Notes: generated by a model not told the origin, from the letters alone. Shown: positions 1-12,582, counted from the first letter of the stretch. The stretch: DNA of 64,000 bases from Macrostomum lignano (GCA_002269645.1 NIVC01000051.1:682001-746000), one strand, 5' to 3'. Translations and numbers: made by a program.

Positions 1-148
1 CATGTGTATCTTTCACGAGTATCCTGTCTCTGCTGTGTCTACATTGTCCCTGCGATCTCTTTCCCGTCTATCTATTGTCTATTTCATATCACCCATCTCT
101 TTTATATCATTACTGCGTCGTCTTTCATATTATTAGGGCCCTACTAAC

Positions 149-3100
149 CAGAGAAGCAATTTGGTCCAAGCAGCCCGCGTGTCGCTTGTTTTCCTGCAGC
201 ACAGCCGACACCAGACTTTGCAATTCGTACATCAGAGCGGCTTCTTTTGGAACTGAAAAGTTTTTAATCCAAGTATAGAATAGTTCCTAATTAAAACAAA
301 TATTGATAAATTTAAAAAAATTACAGGCTTCAATCCCCTAATAAATGACGTAACAATCTGACTATCAAAGCAAAATATACGATACTGCCTGCAACAGGCT
401 ACTTTTATAAGTAGCCAAGTATCGAATTTTCTATCGTCGCTGACGAAAAATCTATGGGGCATAAAAATAAAACTTTTGTTAGTAAATAATACAGGCTCAA
501 AATTTTTGGTCTGAATTTGTCCTACATAAATATGCTATGCATGCGCAGTAAATGCTACTGACAAGCAGTAGTTTCACTCTTAGTAGAAGCGATGACTGAC
601 AAATAATAAAATCTGTGCGTTTTGTCTACAGGCGGAAAAAACAATAGAATTTGAACAAACTTGAATACACATCGACAAAAAAGACATTGATTTTTTAAAA
701 AACAAGTTGCTTACAAGTGCATTAAATTATACCCTCATAATTAACCACGCTTGGCCTCATTGTTGTGCAGTGGCATCTAATGATTTAAATTATTAATTTT
801 TACCCTCTTTCTCCAGAACAAAGATTTCCTCTTCAGTGTCCTTTGGCGGTTCGACTTTTCAAGTTGGCAATGTGGAAATGAGGTGTTAAAACAATTAGCA
901 GATACCCTCACTGTGGCATCAAATTTTAATATAGTAATAATCGTATTACACAAAAGTAAAATATAACTTTAATATTCGTATATTACTCGAACCTGTCACT
1001 CTATGGGGGCGGATCACTCAAACCTTCAGTCACTCTATGGGGGCGGATCACTCAAACCTTCAGTCACTCTATGGGGGCGGATCACTCAAACCTTTATCAG
1101 TCACTCTATGGGGCGGATCACTCAAACCTTCAGTCACTCTATGGGGGCGGATCACTCAAACCTTCATCAGTCACTCTATGGGGCGGATCACTCAAACCTT
1201 CAGTCACTCTATGGGGGCGGATCACTCAAACCTTCAGTCACTCTATGGGGGCGGATCACTCAAACCTTCAGTCACTCTATGGGGGCGGATCACTCAAACC
1301 TTTATCAGTCACTCTATGGGGCGGATCACTCAAACCTTCAGTCACTCTATGGGGGCGGATCACTCAAACCTTTATCAGTCACTCTATGGGGCGGATCACT
1401 CAAACCTTTATCAGTCCCTCTATGGGGGCGGATCACTCAAACCAGTCACTCTATGGGGGCGGATCACTCAAACCTTCGGTCACTCTATGGGGGCGGACCA
1501 CTCAAACCAGTCACTCAATGGGGCGGACCACTCAAACCAGTCACTCTATGGGGGCGGATCACTCAAACCAGTCACTCTATGGGGCGGATCACTCAAACCT
1601 GTCAATTGGCTAAGACCAACGCAGTTGGCTAAAATACTCACATTTCTCCTTATCGGAGTCATCGTTGAGCAGTTCCCTTGCTCCATCCTGAGCCTCCACG
1701 GCGTCAATAGTTTGAGACAGTTGAGCTGACCGAATGTCGGCCAAGTTGATGACTAAATCCTTTCCGTAAAGTCGAATAGCGCCTTGAACACTTGGAGCAG
1801 CAAATCTGGATGGAGTATATCAATATTGCTACTGAGTTAGTAGCGTGATGAAACGACCACTATGATAAAACACTCCAACAAACTCTGAGTGGGAGGCTCA
1901 TTGTATTTTTGCTTAGGTAGCAATTACACAACTAAATAACTAAACTACCTACTAAAAGTAGAAATACGCGCAAATAACAACCTATATTCTAAGCAATCTA
2001 CTAAGAGTAGAAATACGCAAAAATTAGAACCTAAATTCAAAAAACAAAACAAAAACAAAAAACTCACTCTTCTATCTCCGCCATTTCGCGCAGCGCACTC
2101 CGCGCCGCAGCGCCAACGCTAGCGCGTCCCCACTGTAGCGCCAGATAGAACTGGCGCCAAAATTCAGCAAGCGCTTTGCCAGGCAGAGGCCAAGCCAGAC
2201 AAAGGACGCATTGAGCTCCCAGTGACAGAAGCAAATTTGGCAGCAGAGAATCTTCTTCTTTTGAAGCGGCTAAATCGTCTGCACTGTCCTGCGCAGCTGT
2301 GGCGGTTTTGCCTCCGGGTTTGGCCGCCGCTGCAGGCACAGGTGCTGAGTTGGTTGCCCAGCCACAGCTGAGCACAATCAGACCTGAGTAAAGCAAACCA
2401 ATTGAAATCTTTGTTTTGTTTCAATTAGTTAATGGGCGCTAAATGATTGTGGCACTAAAATAAGAGTCTGGCGCTAAAATAAGAGCCTATGGCGCTAAAC
2501 TGAGAGCCTGTGGCGCTAACATGAGAGCCTGTGGAGCTAAAACGAGAGTCTGTGGCGCTAAAATGAGAAACTTTGGCGCTAAAAAAGCGCTCAAACCTTA
2601 CCAGCTCGAAGTCGACCGCACTGCAGCAGGTCACTCGGTTTCACGAGATAACTGGCCTCGTCCGCCTCTACTTCCTTTGTCGTTTTACTTTTATCTCCAG
2701 AGACAGATTTTGTTGCTGAAGCACTCTTTGATGCAACAACATCGCCGTCATTGAGTCGCTGGCGTGTTGGATTTGGCGCCAAAGCGAAGTAGCCGCGTCT
2801 TAGGCAAGCGTAGGTTGCTGTAAGAAAAGTTTTAAAACGAACTGTACATCTAGTGTACATCTATAAACCTTAAACCTCTTCCCCTAGTGTACATTGAGCC
2901 CAGCTCATCTACTAGGCCTTTAAGGCTTTGGGTGTACATTTGACTTTTTATGACTTTTAAAGTTAGCGCAAGTCAAACTCCGCTCGTTTAAAATTAGCTC
3001 ATTTGCTCGCGTGCTCTGTGTTTACTAAAGAGCTGCCTCACCACGTTCACCACCCCACCCCAATCCTTTCTACTTTCACCCAAAAAACCACTAGCGCTAA

Positions 3101-6100
3101 CACCCAATGTAGATTCATTCGCTGTACAATAAGCGAACAATAACGCTTGCTTTTCTATCCAAGTGTACGCCTAAAAATAGCCTCCGATAACAGGGAGAGA
3201 CTCTCCGATTTTTTAATCACTTCTTTGTAGCAGACGATAAGAAGTTGATCTTAAAACTGAACTAGCGCATGAATCAAAGCAAACAAACACCAACCAATAT
3301 GCATAACAGTAGCAGTCTGCAGTTCGCGAAGGAACACATCTTTAGTGGCGTCCTCGCCTTCGATTGGACAAACTTCGCACATCTCGCCGACCAGCAATAG
3401 TTCAGCGTGGGCCTGCTGCATTTGACTAACCGTTGTCCAAGGCTCGCCGTCGACCGTCAAACTAAAAAATTGCGAGTTTTAATTCGACTTATTGATAAAT
3501 CAATCGATGTTTGTAAAACTAAAATCATGCCAATTTCGAATTCGCGCAAAAGTGGACATTTTAACAATAAACTATTCATATTAAGCGTGATAAACGTCTT
3601 TAGTAGCGGCCGTAAACCCACAGCAAGAAATAGCGTTTAAAACAAGCGTCATTAAAACAAGTGTTCTATTTTGGCGCCAATTTAAATTTAAATAAACTTT
3701 TAATTCGATGATCGCAGGCCAAGTTGGAAGATTTCCATTGGCCAATGCGAAATGCTGCGGTTTAACTAACAATAGAATTTTTATTTTTCGGAAAAATGCT
3801 CACTGTTTCGGCAGCTTCGGGTTTCCAACAACGACGCACTTCTCCGGGTCGCTAATTTGTCGGAAAGGCGTCACAAACAGGGCAGAGGTGGCCACGTCCG
3901 TGTCAGTCGCAGTTCGAGTCGTCACCACGGTCACGGTGTCCGCTACTCGAGTTCGAGTCTTCAATCTGGCTTGTTGAGTAAAGTGAATACCCGATGAGGC
4001 TTCAAATCCGCTGTCTGGCGCCTGCGGACGACGGGAGCCGACCTGCGGTTGGAGCGACGACGAAGTCGGCTGCTTTGTCGGCGAGCTGACAGCCACCGCG
4101 GCACCGGCCTTTGACGATGAAACTCGAAGCAGATGCGGGTTGGATAGCTGAGGGTGAGGAAAAGTGGGTCAATCTCCTCACAGTAGGTCAATGTCGTCAC
4201 AGTGGGTCAGTGTCACAGTGGGTCAGTGTCACAGTGGGTCACAGTGGGTCAGTGTCCCAGTGGGTCAGTGTCCCATTGGGTCAGTGTCCCATTGGGTCAG
4301 TGTCCCAGTGGGTCAGTGTCTCAGTGGGTCACAGTGGGTCAGTGTCCCAGTGGGTCACAGTGGGTCAGTGTCCCAGTGGGTCAGTGTCACAGTGGGTCAG
4401 TGTCACAGTGGGTCACAGTGGGTCAGTGTCCCATTGGGTCAGTGTCCCATTGGGTCAGTGTCCCATTGGGTCAGTGTCCCAGTGGGTCAGTGTCTCAGTG
4501 GGTCAGTGTCGCAGTGGGTCAGTGTCGCAGTGGGTCAGTGTCGCAGTGGGTCAGTGTCGCAGTGGGTCAGTGCAGTCGTCACAGTGGATCAGTTTCGTCT
4601 CAATGGGTCAGGGTTAAGTGGGTCAACGGCACAAAGGTTACCTAGAAGAATGCTCTGCTCTCACCTGTCTAGGATTCAGAGACGGCGCCTTCTCAACCTC
4701 AAAATTTGCTTCTTCTCTTCCACCGCTGTCCCCTGGATCGGCAAAATTAACGCCAGGCGTTGCTATGGAAACCTTCTTGACGCCGACTGTTTTCTTAGAA
4801 TCTTTTTTGGATTTTTTATCAGGCATGGACGGCTCAAACGATACGGTTGCTCCTCGTTTCTCCCTGTCGGTGTCTGCAGCTTTGTATCGCTCGGAATCTT
4901 GTGGCAGAAGCATTGTTAATTGATTGACAAGTCTGGGACTGGTGTTGCCTCCCCGCCTGACCAGCTGGCGCTCGAATTCGACATCCTCATCGACTCTGAG
5001 TCTGTCCAACTCGCTGTTGATTGCGCAGTCCAGGTGCCACAGACTGCTAGCGCGGAATAGCGGCGCCGATAAGGCGTCAAATACTGGCGCCAATTCGAAT
5101 GGTAGGCTGGCCAGCTCGTGGTCGTCGGTTACTATGGTGACGGCAGTGTCTGGTGGCAGGCTTTGAAGACGCTCGTGAATTGTGCCGCCTCCCAGTAGCA
5201 TTCGGTAGAGTTGGTGCAGCGGCTCCAGGGGAGACTGCGTTGGGACAAAATAAGCTTTGGTTTATGATTGGCTTGGAGGTTTCAAATTAAATAAAGTGAT
5301 GGTAAATGTGAGGCATTCGAGTGTATAATAGAGAAGACATGGGGTTGGTCAATTGTGCATTGGAAAAGAGAGAGAGATGAAGGGTTGGTCGAGTGTACAC
5401 TGGAGAAGAGAGAGGAGGGGTTGGTCGAGTGTACACTGGAGAAGAGAGAGGAGGGGTTGGTCGAGTGTACACTGGAGAAGAGAGAGTGTGTTGGTCGAGT
5501 GTACACTGGAGAAGAGAGAGGATGGGTTGGTTGAGTGTACACTGGAGAAAAGAGAGAGAGGAGGGTTTGTCAAGTGTACACTGGAGAAGAGAGAGGGGGT
5601 TGGTCAAGTGTACACTGGAGAAGAGAGAGGGGGTTGGTCAAGTGTACACTGGAGAAGAGAGAGGAGGGGTTGGTCGAGTGTTCACGTACAACGGAAAAGA
5701 GAAGAAAGATTAGTCAAGTAAGAAACAAGAGGGCCTATCAAGTGAGGGCTTGTTAGCCAAGTGAACACCCTATAGAGTAAGGATTAGTTTTCTAAAATAG
5801 AAAAAATCACTTACACACTCGCTCCCAGATTCATCTTTCTTAGCCGCAGCCTCCGCCTCGTCGAACAGTCGCTCCGCTTCGGCCCTCCGATGCGCGGTCG
5901 ACAGGGCTTCGTAGCGCCTTCGCTGGCACTTCAGGCGACCCCGAGACTCGGGCAGACGCCGACCCTCGGCAAAGTATCTGAGCCTCTGTCGATCGACCCA
6001 CCGGTCGTACAGTTGAGCAGTCAATAATTTCAAACGCCTGCCGCTGAAACCCTTGGAGCTGGTCCGGTGGTCCACTGCGGTCAGACCGCGGCCGGGTTCG

Positions 6101-9100
6101 AGAAGCCACACCAAACAACCGTCGGTAGTGAGGCTCAGACAGAGGACTATTGTAGATTGCAGATCCACCTGTGGATTTGGGGTGAAAGAGACATTGTGAC
6201 ACAGTGACAAAAGTCGATGAGAAAAAACACATTGTCTTTGGAACAATAAAATCATTTGGATTATGAGTCGTAGGGAAAGAGTTATAAGGACAGCGTCATA
6301 GGGACAGTCATAGAGACAAAGTGAGTCACAGTGACAAAAAGTCATAGGGACAAAGAGTCATAGAGACAGAGAGTCATAGGGACAAAGAGAGTCATAGAGA
6401 CAAAGAGTCATAGGAACAAAGAGTCATAGGAACAAAGAGTCATAGGGACAAAGAGTCATAGGGACAAAGAGTCATAGGGACAAAGAGAGTCATAGGAACA
6501 AAGAGTCATAGGGACAAAGAGTCATAGGGACAAAGAGTCTTGGGGACAAAGAGAGTCATGGGACAAAGAGTCATAGGGACAAAGAGTCATAGAGACAAAG
6601 AGTCATAGGAACAAAGAGTCACAGGGACAAAGAGTCATAGGGACAAAGAGTCATAGGAACAAAGAGTCACAGGGACAAAGAGTCATAGGGACAAAGAGTC
6701 ATAGGAACAAAGAGTCACAGGGAAAAAGAGTCACAGGGACAAAGAGTCACAGGGACAAAGAGTCACAGGGACAAAGAGTCATAGGGACAAAGAGTCATAG
6801 GGACAAAGAGTCTTGGGGACAAAGAGAGTCATAGGGACAAAGAGTCACAGGGACAAAGAGTCACAGGGACAAAGAGTCATAGGAACAAAGAGTCACAGGG
6901 ACAAAGAGTCACAGGGACAAAGAGTCACAGGGACAAAGAGTCACAGGGACAAAGAGAGTCATAGGGACAAAGAGTCACAGGGACAAAGAGTCACAGGGAC
7001 AAAGAGAGTCATAGGGACAAAGAGTCACAGGGACAAAGAGTCATAGGGACAAAGAGTCACAGGGACAAAGAGTCACAGGGACAAAGAGTCATAGGGACAA
7101 AGAGTCACAGGGACAAAGAGAGTCATAGGGACAAAGAGTCACAGGGACAAAGAGTCATAGGGACAAAGAGTCACAGGGACAAAGAGTCACAGGGACAAAG
7201 AGTCACAGGGACAAAGAGTCACAGGGACAAAGAGAGTTCTCTCACAGTCCGCCTCAGCCGGTCCATATCCCAATTGAGGCGCAGTCGAACTCGCTCTTTC
7301 CCTCGATGATCATCGATTAGCGACAACCCGCCACCACCGCCGCCGCCGCCGAGGCCGTCGAATCGATCCGACGACAGCAGCGACTGCCTGCCAGCCAGGT
7401 GGTGGCTGAGGCTTCGTTGCCTGGCCGCTTCAGAGGCCAGCAACGCGCGTTCGAACTTGCCTCGTTTAGCCGCCGAGTTGGCCAAGCCCAGGTAGCAACG
7501 GCGCAGGTCGCGAAGTAGATCCCGAGGCGCCGGCGCGTCCCATGGCCGGGGCCGATCGAGACCGCGCTCCAGGTTCGGCAGCAGCTGGTAGAACAGGCGC
7601 TCGGCCTGCGCAAGCGCGGGATGAGGGAGTTTCAAAATGATTGGCCAGGCTTTCTAGGAAAAAATCCCCATCTAAATCCCCATCTAAATCCCCATCTAAA
7701 TCCCCATCTAAATCCCTGTCTAAATCCCCATCTAAATCCCCATCTAAATCCCCATCCGAATTCTCATCTAAATCCCCATCTAAATCCCCATCTAAATCCC
7801 CATCTAAATCCCCATCAAAATCCCCATGAACTCCGGATTTGAGTTCAAAAGCCTCAAAGAAGCACAGTGGACTCACAATATCGAGAGCTTCAGGTGATGA
7901 AGACATCTGATGAATGACGGCCACCTGCAGTTGCACCGACTGCAGCTGGTCGCTGCTGACCGCGGAGTCAGCCTCCGCAATCTCCAGACACCGCTCGAAA
8001 TGGTACAGGGCCCGCTGAGGCCGGTCGGCGCTGAGGTGAGTCTCTCCGATCTTCACTTCGGCTAGCAGCTTCATCTCCGGCCTGATAGCGGCTCTGCCAG
8101 CTTCCGCAAACGAATCCACAGCCGAATCGAATTTGCCCAGCAGGCGGAGGCTGTCGCCACTGGCCAGATGGGCGCGTGCGAGGGCGTCGCGGTCATCGCA
8201 ACGGCGACTGTTGATGATCTGGAAGGGGGAGCATAGGGATTAGTGTGGAAATTTAAAAACAAGTAAATATTTTCGGATTTGTTGGCACCCTGGCGAAACA
8301 CCTTCGATGACTTGGTCCCACAACCAACGCTGAGGCAATTCTGTCCATTCCGCTGACTCACTCTACTGAGATGGAAGATACAAGAGCTGAGAGAGATAAG
8401 AGAGATAAGAGACAGGTGAGAGAGATAAGATTTAAGATATAGGTGTAAGAGATAAAAGATAAAGGACAGGTGTGAGAGATAAGAGAGATAAGAGACAGTC
8501 AAGAGAGATAAGCGAGATAAGAGACAGGTGAGAGAGATAAGAGAGATAAGAGACAGGTGAGAGAGATAACAGAGATAAGAGATAAGATATAGGTGTAAGA
8601 GATAAAAGATAAAGGACAGGTGTGAGAGATAAGAGACAAGTGAGAGAGATAAGAGAGATAACAGACAGGTGAGAGAGATAAGCGAGAAAAGAGACAGGTG
8701 AGAGAGATAAGCGAGATAACAGACAGGTGAGAGATATAAGAGAGGTAAGAGACAGGTGAGAGAGATAAGAGAGATAACAGACAGGTACTATCAATATGCC
8801 GATAGAGAAAAGATAAGAACACGCAAGTCAAATCACCTGCTGTTCGTGATAAGCGGCCGACAATCCAGCATTCCTCAGCTCGGCCATCACGCTGCCTAGC
8901 AGTCCTTGGCAGCTGGCCAGCAGACTTGGATCGCCAACTTTCCTGGCATGTTTCAGCGCCTCCTCCAGCGACGATTTGGCCAGCTCAGGCTGGCCGGCTC
9001 TGAGCAAAGCCAGGCCGAAATTCGATCTGCACTGGGCCTGCATTTGAGCAGCTGCCACCGACTGCTCAGCCGCGGAGACGCTCAGCTCAGCGTAGCGCTT

Positions 9101-12100
9101 CGACTCGTCCAGATTGCCAAGAGTGGCACAGCAGATGCTCAAGTTGAGCAATAAGCCGCATTCAAGTTCGGGCGACCAGTCGTCTCCATTGATCACAGCT
9201 TTGTCCTGTCTCAGGTCCAATAGGCGCTGGTAATAGGCGGTTGCCTTGGCAACATTATCGCTGTGCAGGTGCATAGTGGCCAGGCTGACCAAGCACTTGA
9301 TCTGGTAGCTGCTGTCGTGCACTTCTGTGGCCACCTGAGCATTTCATGGGTTTTGGATTTTCAAGGAAAAATTTACAAGCTGTAAAATTTGCGCTATATC
9401 TGGTGTCTATGGGGCGCTAAATCCGGTGTCTATATGGCGCAAAATCTGGTGTTTGTATAGCGCTAAATCAAAAATCTAATAAGGCGCCAAATCGAGTATC
9501 GAATAGGGCGCCAAATATCGAGTGTCTAATAGGGCGCCAACTATCGAGTGTCTAATAGGGCGCCAAATATCGAGTGTCTAATAGGGCGCCAAATATCGAG
9601 TTTCTAATAGGGCGCCAAATATCGAGTGTCAAATAGGGCGCCAAATCAAGTGTCTAATAGGGCGCTAAATATCAAGTGTCTAATAGGGCGCCAAATCAAG
9701 TGTTTAATAGGGCGCCAAATATCGAGTGTCTAATAGGGCGCCAAATCAAGTGTCAAATAGGGCGCCAAATCAAGTGTCTAATAGGGCGCCAAATCAAGTG
9801 TCTAATTGGGCGCCAAATATCGAGTGTCTAATAGGGCGCCAAATATCAAGATTCTAATAGGGCGCCAAATCCAGTACCTAATAGGGCGCCAAATCAAGTG
9901 TCTAATAGGGCGCCAAATCAAGTGTCTAATTGGGCGCCAAATATCGAGTGTCTAATAGGGCGCCAAATATCAAGATTCTAATAGGGCGCCAAATCCAGTA
10001 CCTAATAGGGCGCCAAATCAAGTGTCTAATAGGGCGCCAAATCAAGTGTCTAATTGGGCGCCAAATATCGAGTGTCTAATAGGGCGCCAAATATCAAGAT
10101 TCTAATAGGGCGCCAAATCCAGTACCTAATAAGGCGCCAACTCAAGCATATTTATACGAGTAGTATATTTACTTTTAAACACTCCGTGTACAGCTCGATA
10201 GCCACTTCGGAGTACTTTCTGCTGGCGTAAGAGTTAGCCAAGGAAAGCAACATTAGCATTCGAAGTCCCAGCTGTTCAGTTTCGTAAGTCTGCGCAACTT
10301 CTAACAGTTGGATGGCCAAGTGCTGGCGTCCTTCTTTAGAGGCGAGCACTCCAATCTGGCACAGGAAGTTGAATATTTCGAGATCTGCGGAAATTAAAAT
10401 ATAGTTTATAGTATTGGAGATACAATGATACAATGCTAATCAGCGGTGAGGTAGGGAAAGAGAATAAGCATAGCCAATCAGCGGTGAGCTAGGGAAAGAG
10501 AATAAGCATAGCCAATCAGCGGTGAGCTAGGGAAAGAGAATAAGCATAGCCAATCAGCGGTGAGCTAGGGAAAGAGAGTAGGCATAGCCAATCAGAGGTG
10601 AGCTAGGGAAAAAAGAGTAGGAATAGCCGATCAGCGTTGAGCCAAATAATACGGTGGACTCATAGCAGATCAACTCACCCCTCATCGCATCGAGCTGCTC
10701 AGCTGTATGAGGCAGCATCCGTCTGAACGACAAAAGCAGCGAAGTCTTGACTCGCGGCAGATTGCAATCGTCTAGACTGAGGCAGCGAATGTTGTGCAGG
10801 ATGGCTTCGTCGTTGCGTTCCAGTTTGCGAAGTATGGCGCTTCGAAAGCAGCAAGTCTGTTGGTTGGGCATGAGTTTTGAGTTTGCTCTGAATCTGTTTA
10901 CAAATAATTCTATGACAGCTAGATAATGGTGAATAAGGAACTGGCTGTTTTAAGCAGCCAATCAGCGACGAGATGGGGTTAGAAAAGAATTTGTCGATCC
11001 AGACAGCCAATCAGCGACGAGATGAGGGTTGGAAAAGAATTTGTCGATCCAGACAGCCAATCGGCGACGAGATGGGGTTAGAAAAGAATTTGTCGATCCA
11101 GACAGCCAATCGGCGACGAGATAGGGTTAGAAGAGAATTTGTCGATCCAGACAGCCAATCAGCGACGAGATGGAGGTTAGAAAAAATAGTCGCTTCAGAC
11201 AGCCAATAAGAAACTGAATATGCATAAGATTTATGGAAGAGCTACTATTTAGTCAAATTAATTAGTAATTCTTCATCACCTCGCAGCTAAACTGCTCAAC
11301 AGACGCTGCCTGCTCCGCATCGGACAGAGCTGTCTCGAAATCGCCCAGCTGGCAGTAGAGCTGAGCTCTCAGACAAAGTAGTCGGGAATTGCCTGCATCA
11401 ATCTCCAGAGCGTCAGATAGGCGAATCAAGGCTTCTTGACTTTGCCCGGCTTCTAATAGTGTGAAAGCTTCCTGTTCAAGAGTTCTCACCTGCAGGGTTG
11501 AATGAGTTCGGGTAAAATACTTTCACCTGTGATTCTATTTCTAGTTAAGACTATCAAAAGTACGTAAAACCCTAATAATAACTCAAGTTCGTATTGCTGC
11601 AGACACGGAGATCACAATTGTTGGACACGGTTGGACACGGAGATCACACCTGTTAGAAACAGTGATCACACCTGCTAGACAAGTAGATCACACATGTTAG
11701 ACACGGGAATCACACCTGTTAGACACAGTGATCACACCTGTTAGACACGGAGATCACACATGTTAGACACGGAGATCACACATGTTAGACACGGAGATCA
11801 CACCTGTTAGACACGGAGATCACACCTGTTAGACACGGAGATCACACATGTGAGACACGGAGATCACACATGTTAGACACAGTGATCACACCTGTTAGAC
11901 ACGGAGATCACACATGTTAGACACGGAGATCACACCTGTTAGACACAGTGATCACACCTGTTAGACACGGAGATCACACCTGTTATACACAGTGATCACA
12001 CCTGTTAGACACGGAGATCACACATGTTAGACACGGAGATCACACCTGTTATACACAGAGATCACACCTGTTAGACACTGATCACACCTGTTATACACAG

Positions 12101-12582
12101 TGATCACACCTGTTATACACAGTGATCACACCTGTTAGACACGGAGATCACACATGTTAGACACGGAGATCACACATGTTAGACACGGAGATCACACATG
12201 TTAGACACGGAGATCACACATGTTAGACACGGAGATCACACCTGTTAGACACGGAGATCACACCTGTTAGACACAGTGATCACACCTGTTAGACACAGTG
12301 ATCACACCTGTTAGACATGGAGATCACACATGTTAGACACGGAGATCACACATGTTAGACACGGAGATCACACATGTTAGACACGGAGATCACACCTGTT
12401 AGACACGGAGATCACACCTGTTAGACACGGAGATCACACCTGTTAGACACGGAGATCACACATGTTAGACACAGTGATCGCACACACGCCCCAAGCCTCA
12501 CCGCTTCGAACTCCTCGCTCTCCGAGATTATTTCGCTGGACTCGTACCGACTCTCCATGGTCCCAACCGATCGCCTGGGCAT
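149..12582 (-). CDS. TTC28: TTC28-like TPR-repeat + CHAT-domain protein, multi-exon; 3' end continues beyond the window start
   Basis: Exons read by eye with AG/GT boundaries and consistent phases (minus strand): 12502-12582, 11280-11489, 10679-10856, 10173-10384, 8837-9334, 7877-8218, 7246-7653, 5815-6168, 4665-5234, 3804-4147, 3295-3461, 2602-2817, 2068-2383, 1642-1805, 804-854 (weak AAG acceptor), 149-252. TPR-like helices (EALIRLSDALEIDAGNSRLLCLRAQLY; AKATAYYQRLLDL) are followed by TTC28-type CHAT motifs recalled from the human protein: LCLSLTTDGCLVWLLEPG, ELASLPFEL, VVVGNPKLP, EDATKDVF, HIATY, LIVLSCG, LSLGAQCVLCLAWP. The last two exons are less certain. Confidence 0.85.
1003..1600. repeat. 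~34-bp minisatellite (CAGTCACTCTATGGGGGCGGATCACTCAAACCTT) in TTC28 intron 855-1641
   Basis: Directly visible tandem unit with 30-38 bp variants; it explains the repetitive ORFs at 1003-1729. Confidence 0.95.
2445..2585. repeat. Short degenerate 21-bp array (TGGCGCTAAAATGAGAGCCTG) in TTC28 intron 2384-2601
   Basis: About 6 degenerate copies; the unit is close to the reverse complement of the array inside the MITE at 16145-16519. Confidence 0.85.
4180..4575. repeat. CAGTGGGT/CAGTGTC composite minisatellite in TTC28 intron 4148-4664
   Basis: Tandem 8/15/23-bp units are visible. Confidence 0.95.
5340..5680. repeat. ~34-38-bp purine-rich minisatellite (GTTGGTCGAGTGTACACTGGAGAAGAGAGAGGAGGG) in TTC28 intron 5235-5814
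   Basis: About 9-10 tandem copies are visible. Confidence 0.95.
6300..7235. repeat. 16/18-bp minisatellite (GTCACAGGGACAAAGA) filling TTC28 intron 6169-7245
   Basis: The tandem array runs to within ~10 bp of the donor at 7245. Confidence 0.95.
7660..7828. repeat. 12-bp minisatellite (AAATCCCCATCT) in TTC28 intron 7654-7876
   Basis: About 14 copies between donor ATT|GTGAGT (7876) and acceptor CCTAG|AAAGCC (7654). The ORF-track GDLD repeat is intronic. Confidence 0.9.
8385..8790. repeat. GAGATAAGA/GACAGGTGA purine-rich degenerate minisatellite in TTC28 intron 8219-8836
   Basis: Tandem units of about 9, 20 and 29 bp are visible. Confidence 0.9.
9400..10142. repeat. 24/26-bp minisatellite (TCTAATAGGGCGCCAAATATCGAGTG) with a 124-bp higher-order repeat, in TTC28 intron 9335-10172
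   Basis: Monomers are visible; the AAATATCAAGATTC marker recurs at 9841, 9965 and 10089 (124-bp period). Confidence 0.95.
10436..10640. repeat. ~39-bp array (AGCCAATCAGCGGTGAGCTAGGGAAAGAGAATAAGCAT) in TTC28 intron 10385-10678
   Basis: 5-6 tandem copies are visible. Confidence 0.9.
10955..11210. repeat. ~49-bp array (AGCCAATCAGCGACGAGATGGGGTTAGAAAAGAATTTGTCGATCCAGAC) in TTC28 intron 10857-11279
   Basis: 5-6 tandem copies are visible. Confidence 0.9.
11605..12480. repeat. 22-bp minisatellite (GATCACACCTGTTAGACACGGA) in TTC28 intron 11490-12501
   Basis: About 38 tandem copies with CCTG/CATG and CGGA/CAGT variants. Confidence 0.95.

Noticed and set aside
1003-1729. Long ORFs in three frames (MGADHSNL..., GRITQTF...)
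   Set aside because: Translations of a stop-poor 34-bp intronic minisatellite; the true TTC28 exons flank it.
7660-7830. Apparent GDLD repeat insertion within a TPR protein (ORF 7466-8119)
   Set aside because: It lies between a GTGAGT donor (7876) and a TAG acceptor (7654); splicing restores the frame.
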